Origin: Promethearchaeota archaeon
Lineage (GTDB): Archaea > Asgardarchaeota > Thorarchaeia > Thorarchaeales > Thorarchaeaceae
Assembly: GCA_014728035.1 (NCBI GenBank)
Contig: WJMJ01000071.1
Span: 32,001-96,000 of the forward strand
Reading direction: 5' to 3'
DNA: 64,000 bases
The position numbers and the translations under genes were made by a program. The notes beneath the pieces are model-generated. The model was not told where the DNA came from and did not search any database. It saw only the letters and a program-made list of their open reading frames with translations. This document shows positions 1-9,551 of this stretch, in pieces (the stretch's first letter is position 1; each line of letters opens with the position of its first letter).

Positions 1-980
1 TTCTAGGCACAACAAAACCCACATGCTTTGTTCAAAAGACGATGGATATGGGGAATCTTAGGGAGCATCACGACGAGAGTATTCTCCTCTTCGTTGACTT
101 ATTAGGTCATCCTGATTTCAACGGTAGGCTTGCTGCACGGACTTTCGCAGAATTCCAGAGGTATGAGGATAAACCAGTCAAGAAAGTATCAAGCTGTTCA
201 ATAACAATTGCTCCTTTTGGCAAACCTTACAATATTTCATCTGTGGAGATTGCCCGCCATCTTGATCATTCAGGACTACCTAGTGAGGCTCTCTCTGAGC
301 TGAGAACGAATATTGAAAATACAGGTGCAACACATGTGGCTCTACCTCCTGTTATGGGAATTGAGTATGCTACTACTGTTTTACAGGAAATAGCGGACCT
401 TGGCGTGCATCCATTTGAAGTCCTTTCTTTTCCACCATCAGTACCTGGTATGAGACTTCAACAATCACTGGACGATATGTATCTTGAATCTGGAGGGCAG
501 ATGCATATTGGTACTGAAGTTGTGGGATTTGATTCTGCAGATGATAGAGTAAGTCGGATTATTGCGAAGAGTCCGCATAGACAGCTGGAAATTTCTGCTA
601 CCGCAACAATACTTGCATCTGGGAAATTCATAGGTGGGGGAATTAGAGGAGCCGAGAGTGGCTTCAGAGAATCTATCTTTAATCTGGATACTGTAGATTT
701 GAACTACAATCCAACAGATGATTTGAGACCTCAGAAGTTAACAGATCGCATTAATGTGAGTTACGAAGGTCACGCTGCTTTCAGTGTGGGTGTTCCCGTT
801 GACCGATACTTCAGGCCTATAAATTATGATTCTCAAGTGGTATATGAGAATCTTTTCGCTGCTGGCTCTATTCTAGCTGGATACAATTATCCTGTTGAAA
901 AGAGTGGTTTGGGTGTAGGTCTCACTACTGGTTATACTGCGGGATTGAACGCTATGAGATATATCAAGGAGGAACTCTAA
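1..980 (+). CDS. glpB: anaerobic glycerol-3-phosphate dehydrogenase subunit B (5'-partial)
   Basis: The frame is open from the window start (LGTTKPT...). GlpB motifs: PPSVPGMRL, ILASGKFIGGG, NLFAAGSILAG, SGLGVGLTTG. Confidence 0.85.
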   Translation, partial: LGTTKPTCFVQKTMDMGNLREHHDESILLFVDLLGHPDFNGRLAARTFAEFQRYEDKPVKKVSSCSITIAPFGKPYNISSVEIARHLDHSGLPSEALSELRTNIENTGATHVALPPVMGIEYATTVLQEIADLGVHPFEVLSFPPSVPGMRLQQSLDDMYLESGGQMHIGTEVVGFDSADDRVSRIIAKSPHRQLEISATATILASGKFIGGGIRGAESGFRESIFNLDTVDLNYNPTDDLRPQKLTDRINVSYEGHAAFSVGVPVDRYFRPINYDSQVVYENLFAAGSILAGYNYPVEKSGLGVGLTTGYTAGLNAMRYIKEEL

Positions 981-2210
981 ATGAATGAAGAAGAAGCCTA
1001 TGAATTTGTTAGGGGGACCTTGAAAGAAGAAAGAATTATCCCTTACAAAGAGGACGAATTGAAAATAATCAAATCTATTGAACAATGCATCAATTGTGGG
1101 ATTTGTATAAATCATTGTCCAGTTGTGGCCGGGGTAGGGGTTGACCAGTTTAGCGGCCCTCGTAGCATCGCAGTTGAGCTGAGCCGTTCCCCTCCTGAAT
1201 TCTGGACCACCGGCGACAAGGTATATCTCTGTACTGGCTGCGGCACCTGTAGAGAGGTGTGCCCAAAATCTGTCAACATTCCTGAGATCGTCAATATGAT
1301 TCGAGCAAGAATATTCGAACACCGTCCAGACCTTGTTCCAAAAGAATTGCACAAAGTACTAGAAACTATCCATGAACATAAGAAGGCATTTGCGCCATGG
1401 GATGACCCTGAAGATAAGATTGACAGTCGTGATATGAGACTGGATCGATTGGGTCTACCTCTAGTTGGTATTGAGCACAAAGAAAGTGTTGATGTTTTAT
1501 TCTACCCTGGTTGCCAAGCAGAAGAAATGGCTCAGGAAGTTAAGGAAGCCGCAAAAGTACTTCTAAAACGATTTGATGTGAACTTTGCAGTACTTGATGA
1601 ATTTAGCTGCTGTGGACTACCCGCTCGCTTGATTGGTGATGATAAGACCGCAAGAGAGCTGAATAAATCTCTGAAGGATAAGATAAACTCTCTCGGAGTA
1701 AAAATGTTGGTTACAACTTGTGCAGGTTGTACTTCCAATATTAGTGATATAGCAGAGCGTGACAACTGGGATATTCCCATCTATCATCTGATTGAATACC
1801 TTGCTGAACACATCGGTATCGACAAACTTCAAGCAGAAATGGCACCAGACAAATCGAAAACAAAAATCACTGTACATGAACCCTGTCATCTTATCAGACA
1901 CACCTCCCGACAAATATTGGATTATGCCATAGAAATTCTACAGACTATTCCGAATGTTGAGGTTATTTCCTCCTCTGCTCGAGATTCTTGTTGTGGTGGC
2001 GGTGGAATGGTTGCACATCATGCACCAGGTGTTGCAAAATCGGTCGTTAGGATTAATCTTGCAGCCATAGATGCTACATCTGCATCACGAGTTGTAACCC
2101 CCTGCCCGTTATGTACTGCAACGTTGGAAGATAATCTCTATCGAAGTGGCAGTTCTGTCGATGTTGATGATCTGACCGTATTTATCGCAACCCATCTTTC
2201 TAAGGAGTGA
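981..2210 (+). CDS. glpC: GlpC/HdrD-like Fe-S oxidoreductase (2x[4Fe-4S] + two CCG domains)
   Basis: CINCGICINHCP and CTGCGTCREVCP ferredoxin motifs; YPGC, CCG, CAGC, HEPC, CCGGGG, CPLC. Directly abuts glpB. Confidence 0.75.
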   Translation: MNEEEAYEFVRGTLKEERIIPYKEDELKIIKSIEQCINCGICINHCPVVAGVGVDQFSGPRSIAVELSRSPPEFWTTGDKVYLCTGCGTCREVCPKSVNIPEIVNMIRARIFEHRPDLVPKELHKVLETIHEHKKAFAPWDDPEDKIDSRDMRLDRLGLPLVGIEHKESVDVLFYPGCQAEEMAQEVKEAAKVLLKRFDVNFAVLDEFSCCGLPARLIGDDKTARELNKSLKDKINSLGVKMLVTTCAGCTSNISDIAERDNWDIPIYHLIEYLAEHIGIDKLQAEMAPDKSKTKITVHEPCHLIRHTSRQILDYAIEILQTIPNVEVISSSARDSCCGGGGMVAHHAPGVAKSVVRINLAAIDATSASRVVTPCPLCTATLEDNLYRSGSSVDVDDLTVFIATHLSKE

Positions 2211-2216
2211 AACGCT

Positions 2217-3644
2217 ATGATTGATACTGATACACTTGAAGAGTTAACAGATAGATTACAATCTCTACTTGGACCTGATTATGTCACTGTGCAACAGACC
2301 GATAAAGTTCTCAATGCACATGATGCTTGGCCTCTTAGTGAGGCAAAAATCAGAGCGGGAGAGATGTTACCTCTTGCTGATATCATTGTATTTCCTTCAA
2401 CTACCAGAGAGGTTTCTGAAATTCTAAAAATTGCCAACCAATTCAAAGTTCCCGTGATTCCTGTAGGGGGTGGTGCTGGAACATGTGGTGGCACTCTTGC
2501 TATTTATGGTGGAATCCAACTAGACATGAAACGATTTGATAAAATTCTAGACCTTGATGAGACCTCTATGCTGGTCCATGTGGAGGCCGGGGTAGTAGGA
2601 GTAGACTTGGAGGAATATCTGAATCGTCATGGGTATACATCAGGTCATACCCCCACCTCTGTTAGATCGTCAAATGTTGGTGGTTTTATCGCAACACGAT
2701 CTGGCGGATCTATGTCATCACTATATGGAAAAATCGAAGACCTTACCTTGGGGCTGGAGTTTGTTTTACCTAATGGTGAAGTGATTTCTTGTAAATCTAT
2801 TCCTCGCCATTCTGTTGGTCCAGATTTGAAACAATTATTCATCGGATCAGAGGGAACATTGGGTGTTATTACTGAAGCTACTTTGAAGATATTTCCACTA
2901 CCAGAAGAAAGACGATTTCGAAGTGTTTCTGTTCCAGATGTTTCAACTGGGTTAACTGTTATTCGTAGGATATTTCGTGCAGGAATTACTCCATCAATAA
3001 TACGACTCTACGATCCCGAGGACACTGCATTCAGCGTAAGCACTCATTTCAGTGTTGATGAGGGTGATTGCATGTTAATGTTAGCTTTTGATGGAACCCC
3101 TGCTCAGAATGACCTTGATGAGGAATCTGTCATGCAAATCAGTTTAGCTGATGGTGCTAAAGATTATGGAGCGGAACCTGCCAAAAGATGGTGGGATCAC
3201 CGTTATGATATGTATTATCCTAGTCCATTCACTACCTCAGGATATGCAATTGGTGACACAATAGATGTTGTTGCGACATATGATAAATTGGAACAGGTCT
3301 ATCACGCAATGAAATCAGCTATGGAAGCACATGAAGCAGTGGTATTATCTCATTTCTCGCATATGTATCCAACAGGAGGGAGCATCTATATGATATTCTT
3401 TACAGCTCAACCTGATGCTGATACTGCTTGGGCCACTTACAGGAAAATCTGGGATGATGGTGTAGCTGCCTGTCTCAGAGAAGGTGGAACCATGTCGCAT
3501 CAACATGGAGTAGGACTCTCAAGAAGCACTTACACGGAGAACGAATTGGGTTCTAGCTTTTCAGTTTTGAAGCGTATCAAACAAATTCTTGATCCTAATG
3601 AGATTATGAATCCAGGAAAACTTGGTCTGGGGGTTCGTAAATAA
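2217..3644 (+). CDS. FAD-binding oxidoreductase, VAO/GlcD family, alkyl-dihydroxyacetonephosphate synthase-like
   Basis: PVGGG, GGFIATRSGG, YGKIED, GPDLKQLFIGSEGTLGVITEA, HFSHMYPTGGSIY, GGTMSHQHGVG, DPNEIMNPGKL. Confidence 0.8.
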   Translation: MIDTDTLEELTDRLQSLLGPDYVTVQQTDKVLNAHDAWPLSEAKIRAGEMLPLADIIVFPSTTREVSEILKIANQFKVPVIPVGGGAGTCGGTLAIYGGIQLDMKRFDKILDLDETSMLVHVEAGVVGVDLEEYLNRHGYTSGHTPTSVRSSNVGGFIATRSGGSMSSLYGKIEDLTLGLEFVLPNGEVISCKSIPRHSVGPDLKQLFIGSEGTLGVITEATLKIFPLPEERRFRSVSVPDVSTGLTVIRRIFRAGITPSIIRLYDPEDTAFSVSTHFSVDEGDCMLMLAFDGTPAQNDLDEESVMQISLADGAKDYGAEPAKRWWDHRYDMYYPSPFTTSGYAIGDTIDVVATYDKLEQVYHAMKSAMEAHEAVVLSHFSHMYPTGGSIYMIFFTAQPDADTAWATYRKIWDDGVAACLREGGTMSHQHGVGLSRSTYTENELGSSFSVLKRIKQILDPNEIMNPGKLGLGVRK

Positions 3645-4750
3645 TGAGTGATGAAATTCTCTCTCAAGTGCGAATGTGTGCTGCATGCCCCAAAATGTGT
3701 AGACATGTGTGTCCTACATTTTTCGCATGGCGGTCTGATTCTCCTACTCCCCATGGACGTGCTTTATTAATTCATTTTGAAGGAAAGGGTATTCGCGATC
3801 TTGACGAACGCGCAATTGATGTTCTATACCAATGTCTTGAATGTAGTCACTGTTTAACTTGGTGTAAGCCTGAAATTGACATAGCATCAATTGTTGAAAC
3901 CAAAAGAAGAGAGATTGTTAGAAAATCCTGCGAACCTAAAGAAATCAGGGTCCTCTCAGAATGGGTGTTGAAAAATCACAATCCATTTAACGAACCTCAT
4001 AAAAATAGATTATCAAAACTGAATATTGAGGTTACTGATAACCCCGATATTCTCTATTTTGTTGGGTGTACATCATCCTATCGAGAAAGTGAAATAGCCA
4101 ATTCTACTATTAGTGTTTTGAATAATCTTGGATACGATGTAGCAGTTTTGGAAGATGAATGGTGCTGTGGTTCGCCGTTATTTAGAACTGGTTCAAACAC
4201 GAATGCTCTAACACAAGCTGAAAATAATGTAGAGCATTTGAACGAACATAAAGCAAAACAAATTATCGTTTCCTGTCCTGGATGCTTTAGGGCTTTAACT
4301 AAGGATTATCCTGAGCATGGTTTCGAGTTGAATAAACCCATCTTTCATATCAGTCAATTTCTTGATATGCATAGGGATCAGCTTCCTTCGTTCGATATTT
4401 CTTATCCTATTACCTACCATGATCCTTGTCATCTTGGTCGTCATTGTGGTGTATATGAAGAACCTCGAAAGGTGATAGAACATATTTCTGGAAAAGCACT
4501 TCATGAAATGGAAAGAACTCGTGATAATGCAATGTGTTGTGGAAATGGTGCTGGTTTAAGATTGATGTATCCTGAAAAAGCCAAAAAGATTGGCCATGAA
4601 AGAGTTAAACAGGCAAAGCAGACTGATTCTGACCTGCTTCTTAGTTCTTGTCCGTTTTGTAAAAATATGTTGAAACAACAAGCTGGAGAATCCATTGAGG
4701 TTCTTGATCTAGTTGAATTCGTACACAAACATCAGGAAGACGATAACTGA
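3644..4750 (+). CDS. (Fe-S)-binding CCG-domain oxidoreductase (HdrD/GlcF-like)
   Basis: CAACPKMCRHVCP, CLECSHCLTWC, YFVGC, WCCG, CPGC, YHDPCHLGRH, CCGNGAG, CPFC. The start overlaps the upstream stop (TAATG). Confidence 0.85.
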   Translation: MSDEILSQVRMCAACPKMCRHVCPTFFAWRSDSPTPHGRALLIHFEGKGIRDLDERAIDVLYQCLECSHCLTWCKPEIDIASIVETKRREIVRKSCEPKEIRVLSEWVLKNHNPFNEPHKNRLSKLNIEVTDNPDILYFVGCTSSYRESEIANSTISVLNNLGYDVAVLEDEWCCGSPLFRTGSNTNALTQAENNVEHLNEHKAKQIIVSCPGCFRALTKDYPEHGFELNKPIFHISQFLDMHRDQLPSFDISYPITYHDPCHLGRHCGVYEEPRKVIEHISGKALHEMERTRDNAMCCGNGAGLRLMYPEKAKKIGHERVKQAKQTDSDLLLSSCPFCKNMLKQQAGESIEVLDLVEFVHKHQEDDN

Positions 4751-4766
4751 AAGCAATTAAGGCCTA

Positions 4767-5906
4767 ATGAGGAAGTATGGTGGGATTGGAATGAATACGG
4801 AAGAGATACTCAGACTCAAAGTTAGATTGCTTACAGAGGGAGCATCAATTTCAGATTCGGAATTTCAAGGTAGGAAAGGAGGTGCTGGTCCAGTTGGAGG
4901 AAGATACTTTCTACTGCCAAATGGCCGTCCTGTTGGAATCCCAATCCGAAGTGGTGAGATGGCTGAGAAATTCAAATCTGCTCAACTAGAACCAACAGAA
5001 GACCCTATGATTTGGTTATATGATAGGTCGATAGAACTAGAACTCGTTCCAAAGCCTTCTTTTTACGATTTGAAAACAGATGACGGTATTCCCTACAACA
5101 AGATTGCTTTACTTCATGGCCGTGAAACTCTTGCTACTACATTGTATCAGAATTGTCGCTACTGGTTAACTGGTCAACAATGCAAATTCTGTACCATTCC
5201 TCATTCATATCAATCTAAAGACGCTCTTCTTGAAAAAACTCCTGAACAGTTCGTAGAAGTGTTACAGGCTGCTCTAAATGAAGGAGTAGTAAAAGACATT
5301 CTCATGACCACTGGAACCCCCGATGCTGATGATGTCGGAATTGAAAGAATATTATCTGTTGTCAGGGCTATTCGCGAAATCTCCGATATTCCGGTAGGAG
5401 TGCAATTTGAACCCCCTATAGATGCTGAAAAAATTCATGAAGTCTATAAGGTGGGAGTTAATGCGGTTGGGATTCATATTGAGAGTATAGATCCAGATAT
5501 TCGAGCAAAATACTGTCCCGGAAAAACCGAATATGGCTCTTATGAGTTATATATGAAGAGCTGGAAACTTGCTCTCGATCTTTTTGGAAAAGGAAATGTA
5601 AGCACATTCATTTTGTATGGTCTTGGAGAAGACCTATCTCTCACTTTATCGAAGCTGAATGAGATAGCTTCTACTGGAGTGCTTCCAGTAATCACTCCTA
5701 TTCGTCCGGCTCCAAATAGTCAACTTGGGAATTTCATTCCTTCATATTTGAAAAAACCAAAATTGTATTTCGAATTTGTAAAAGATGTTGGTAGAATTCT
5801 TTTCCGTGAAAAAATAAATCCGAAAGAAACTACTGCTGGGTGTCACCGGTGCGGCGGATGCACCCCAATTCAAGAAGCTTATGATTTTGCCCAGTCTGTT
5901 TTATGA
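4767..5906 (+). CDS. radical SAM protein, MSMEG_0568-like (start may be ATG 4794)
   Basis: GRKGGAGP, IALLHG, extended CRYWLTGQQCKFC cluster motif, C-terminal GCHRCGGC. Confidence 0.75.
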   Translation: MRKYGGIGMNTEEILRLKVRLLTEGASISDSEFQGRKGGAGPVGGRYFLLPNGRPVGIPIRSGEMAEKFKSAQLEPTEDPMIWLYDRSIELELVPKPSFYDLKTDDGIPYNKIALLHGRETLATTLYQNCRYWLTGQQCKFCTIPHSYQSKDALLEKTPEQFVEVLQAALNEGVVKDILMTTGTPDADDVGIERILSVVRAIREISDIPVGVQFEPPIDAEKIHEVYKVGVNAVGIHIESIDPDIRAKYCPGKTEYGSYELYMKSWKLALDLFGKGNVSTFILYGLGEDLSLTLSKLNEIASTGVLPVITPIRPAPNSQLGNFIPSYLKKPKLYFEFVKDVGRILFREKINPKETTAGCHRCGGCTPIQEAYDFAQSVL

Positions 5907-5950
5907 GCTACACCTATCCTTATGTAGCGGAAACTCCACAATAGGTATGA

Positions 5951-6445
5951 GTGACAATGAGCGAGATGCCTGCTGAAGAAATTCGTATCATTGAATTCAC
6001 AAAAGAAGATGCTGAAGAAATTTCAGACTTGTTCAAACAGGTATGGCCGTTGTGTGTCCAATATCCTGAAGAATGGCGAAAACACAGAATGTACACTCCA
6101 GAAGAAATCATCCACGAGATGGAAGAAGGATATCATTACTTTGGAGCACGTCTGGAGGGGCAAATTGTTGGAGTCTATAAAGCAATAATTACCGATAAAG
6201 GTCTCTATGGAGAACATCAAACCGTTTCTCCTCAATGTGGAAGGTCTGGCCTTGCATCTGCCATGTATATCCAATTTGCAGAATACGGAAAAGCCCATGG
6301 ATGTAAAAGGAACTATTGTAATGTATTGGTTGGCCAAGAAGCAGTTGAACGACTGATGAAAAAATTTGGATTTCGTCCTTGGGGTGAACCTTATGAGCAA
6401 GCAGAAGGTATGCTTGTTCAATGTTATGAACGTCTATTAGATTAA
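5951..6445 (+). CDS. GNAT family N-acetyltransferase
   Basis: VSPQCGRSGLAS acetyl-CoA motif A and LMKKFGF. Confidence 0.7.
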   Translation: MTMSEMPAEEIRIIEFTKEDAEEISDLFKQVWPLCVQYPEEWRKHRMYTPEEIIHEMEEGYHYFGARLEGQIVGVYKAIITDKGLYGEHQTVSPQCGRSGLASAMYIQFAEYGKAHGCKRNYCNVLVGQEAVERLMKKFGFRPWGEPYEQAEGMLVQCYERLLD

Positions 6446-6539
6446 GAGTGTATAACTACTCTTAAAATCAGTTCTTTCCCGAAAGACTATATACCATTTT
6501 GAAATCAATCATTTTCACATTCCACCTGAGGTTTTTACA

Positions 6540-8207
6540 ATGGATGTACATCCTATACTTGTTGATGGAGAAGAAATAGACACTGGGAAGTACACTTTCT
6601 TTCCTGACATGGATAAGGTAATACTAGATCCAGGTTTGGCAATTGCGTTACAGATGCGAGCAGCATCAAAAAGCCAACGCTTTGTTTTTTCTCGAATGCC
6701 TGGGCTCATTCCTTCAAAAACTGCGGAGATGCGATATCTTCGAGATTATCGAAAAGCACATGGTGTTCCAAAGTATAGCAAAGATGAACTTGATGACATT
6801 CTCTACGCTAAAATTGCTTTATCCCGTGATTCTGATATCAATAATGCGATTGCAGCAGGCGTCCGGGACCATCATGCATTATTCAATCCTTTCAGACGTC
6901 CCAGTATGGGCGTAACTCTTGATGATCGTGTTGACGCATTATACAATGCTGGATTGGCTGTAAAACAAGAATTTGAAACCGTACGGGAGATTTCAGTAAA
7001 AGAAGGTGTTCCGATAAAGACATTCGAATGGACTTGGAAAATGTTTACTGATTACCTTGAGAGAGAAACATTCGAACTGTGGGGAGAAGCACTAGATATT
7101 CGTGAAGACCCTGGACGTGATGGTGGTAAAAATTATCGATTTAGAGAACCTTATGGTGTATCCTGTCTATTTACACCCTATAACTCTCCATTGGCACTCG
7201 GAATTCTTAGCATTACCTCTTCAATACTCGCTGGAAACTCGACTATTTTGAAACCTCCAAGCAAAGTTCCACTAAGTACTATTCTGCTTGGCCGGATTTT
7301 CATGAAGAAGTTTTTAGAGCTAGGTCTCCCTCCTGGAATACTACAATTGCTCACAGGAGGTGGGAAACGGATGATGAATCGTTTTATGTCTGATTCCAAT
7401 GTGGGTGCAGTAGTTTGGTATGGAGATAGTGATACTGGACTTATGTTGTGGTCCGAAGCAGTTAGTAAAAGGATTCAGATGGCTCCAGAGCTAGCTGGAA
7501 GTGATGCAAGTTTGGTGTGGGGATCTGATGTTGACCTTGAGTTTGCAGCTAAAATGATTGTGAAAGGCAGATACCTTGGCAGTGGTCAGGCATGTATGGC
7601 TGTCAAGCGTCTTCTTGTACAAGAATCGCTTCATGATGACTTACTGGAGCTTATCATCGAAGAAGCTGAAAAATTGCAAGTTGGACGTCCATCCGATCCA
7701 AAAGTTGGGTTACCACCAGTTGGCTTGACAGCATTGTACATACTTGTAGATCAAATAGAAGACGCTCTTGCAAAAGGTGCGAGAATTGAAACTGGTGGGT
7801 ATCGTTGTAATTATCTTGCAGAAAAGGACCCTGCAGGTTTATTCTATAAACCAACTGTTCTAACAAATGTGACACCAGATATGAGATTATTAAGAGAGGA
7901 AGTATTCGCTCCTGCTTTACCTGTTATGAAAGTAACCAGTGTTGATGAGGCCATTTCAATTGCTAACTCATCCCGTTTTGGTCTGAGATCTTCTATTTTC
8001 ACTGATGATATCGAAGTTCGTAATAAATGGGCAAAAGAAATACAGGCAGCAGGGGTAAATGTTGGGCAAGATCATCTCTATTTTGATCCCTATATGCCGC
8101 ATCTTGGGGGCTATAAGGACTCGGGGATAATTGGAGGCAAATACTTCCCAGAGATGTTAACTCGGATGAAATATGTCCATGTAGGTCCAGAAGTAGACTT
8201 TGTATGA
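6540..8207 (+). CDS. aldehyde dehydrogenase family protein (divergent)
   Basis: REPYGV, PYNSP, AGNSTILKPP, catalytic GQAC, EEVFAP, GGYKDSG. Confidence 0.85.
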   Translation: MDVHPILVDGEEIDTGKYTFFPDMDKVILDPGLAIALQMRAASKSQRFVFSRMPGLIPSKTAEMRYLRDYRKAHGVPKYSKDELDDILYAKIALSRDSDINNAIAAGVRDHHALFNPFRRPSMGVTLDDRVDALYNAGLAVKQEFETVREISVKEGVPIKTFEWTWKMFTDYLERETFELWGEALDIREDPGRDGGKNYRFREPYGVSCLFTPYNSPLALGILSITSSILAGNSTILKPPSKVPLSTILLGRIFMKKFLELGLPPGILQLLTGGGKRMMNRFMSDSNVGAVVWYGDSDTGLMLWSEAVSKRIQMAPELAGSDASLVWGSDVDLEFAAKMIVKGRYLGSGQACMAVKRLLVQESLHDDLLELIIEEAEKLQVGRPSDPKVGLPPVGLTALYILVDQIEDALAKGARIETGGYRCNYLAEKDPAGLFYKPTVLTNVTPDMRLLREEVFAPALPVMKVTSVDEAISIANSSRFGLRSSIFTDDIEVRNKWAKEIQAAGVNVGQDHLYFDPYMPHLGGYKDSGIIGGKYFPEMLTRMKYVHVGPEVDFV

Positions 8208-8219
8208 TTGTGAGTAAAT

Positions 8220-9551
8220 ATGATTGATACAGGTGAAAGAGACCGAATATTACGCACCCATACAATCAAAGTCTTGGTTAACTATGAGAGGTCTTCTCAA
8301 TCACTGAAATCTTTACTTAGAGAAAGATACGATTCTTTTAGCGAATTGAAACAACATCGTAATCTTGTTGATTCACTCTCTTATGGCACCATTACTTATC
8401 TTAATACGATTGATTGGTTAATCTCACATTCTGGTCCCAAATCGGCTAAACAGTTACCAATCCTTGAGAGAACTATTGCTCGTTTAGCTGTTTATGAGGG
8501 TAGATGGTTAAACACAAAGATGCGTCAATTGATAGAATATTACTTACATAAAATTCCTGAAATGATATCTCCTATTCGTAATGCAATCAATACTGATTTG
8601 GAAGAGAAATTATCTTCGTATCCACTCATTAATCGTCTAAGCATTGAATTATCTCATCCAACCTTTCTTGTTGAAACCTTGTTAGATAATCTATCACATA
8701 AACAGGCAATTGAATTGATGCGGACAAATAATGGACAAAGAAGCTACTTCATGAGAATAAATAAGCTACTCCAATCACAGGAGTCAGTTTTGGAAGATAT
8801 TCGAGAGCTTGGTATTGATTTTATTGAAGATTCAGACATATCTGGTTTGTATCTTATCCGTGATGGAATTACCCAGTTAGTTCAATCTGAATCTTTCAAG
8901 AAAGGATATGTTCTAATCCAAGACAAGGCTAGTGTTCAAACCGTCAAGCTTCTCAATCCTAAATCTGACGAGGTGATTTGGGATGCGTGTGCTGCTCCTG
9001 GAATGAAGACTCAATTGATATCTGAATACACCTCTTATCAAGGTACAATTTTCGCAACTGAAAGTTCTAATGAGAGAATAAGTATTGCGAAGAAAAGGGC
9101 GAATGATCTGGGGTATTCTTCAGTTAAATGGATTCTAGCTGATGCTTCTTCTGTTCCTATTAGAAACGCTGATAAAATTTTGATTGATGCTCCTTGTTCA
9201 TCCACTGGTATCTTGTGGAGTTATCCCTCTTTCAAATGGACTCTGAATAAGGATTCATTAATGGCGTTAATGGTTGTGCAAAATAAAATTCTTGATGCTA
9301 TCATTGAAGCATATGAGCATAAAATCGGGACCGAGTTAGTCTATGCAACATGTTCGATTTTACCTCATGAAGGTGAGTCTCAAATCGATTCTGTACTTGC
9401 TCGATATCCTTTCATTGAACTGATTAATCCTGATGGTACTGGATCCATGGGGTATCCAGCTTTCGATTGTGCATCTAGGATTCAGCGATTCTTTCCTCAT
9501 ATACACAATACAAGTGGATTCTTCATATCGCATTTCAAAATTACTGGCTGA
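8220..9551 (+). CDS. RsmB/NOP2-family RNA m5C methyltransferase with NusB-like N-terminus
   Basis: IQDKAS, DACAAPGMKT, ILIDAPCSSTG, VYATCSILPHEGE, GFFI. Confidence 0.85.
   Translation: MIDTGERDRILRTHTIKVLVNYERSSQSLKSLLRERYDSFSELKQHRNLVDSLSYGTITYLNTIDWLISHSGPKSAKQLPILERTIARLAVYEGRWLNTKMRQLIEYYLHKIPEMISPIRNAINTDLEEKLSSYPLINRLSIELSHPTFLVETLLDNLSHKQAIELMRTNNGQRSYFMRINKLLQSQESVLEDIRELGIDFIEDSDISGLYLIRDGITQLVQSESFKKGYVLIQDKASVQTVKLLNPKSDEVIWDACAAPGMKTQLISEYTSYQGTIFATESSNERISIAKKRANDLGYSSVKWILADASSVPIRNADKILIDAPCSSTGILWSYPSFKWTLNKDSLMALMVVQNKILDAIIEAYEHKIGTELVYATCSILPHEGESQIDSVLARYPFIELINPDGTGSMGYPAFDCASRIQRFFPHIHNTSGFFISHFKITG

Noticed and set aside
873-1913. Several minus-strand ORFs opposite glpB/glpC
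   Set aside because: Shadows of well-supported genes with no motifs. The same applies to most other short antisense ORFs in the track.
981-5906. Selenocysteine read-through at TGA stops of the Fe-S and radical SAM genes
   Set aside because: The proteins are complete at their stops, the next genes follow closely, and I recognised no SECIS.
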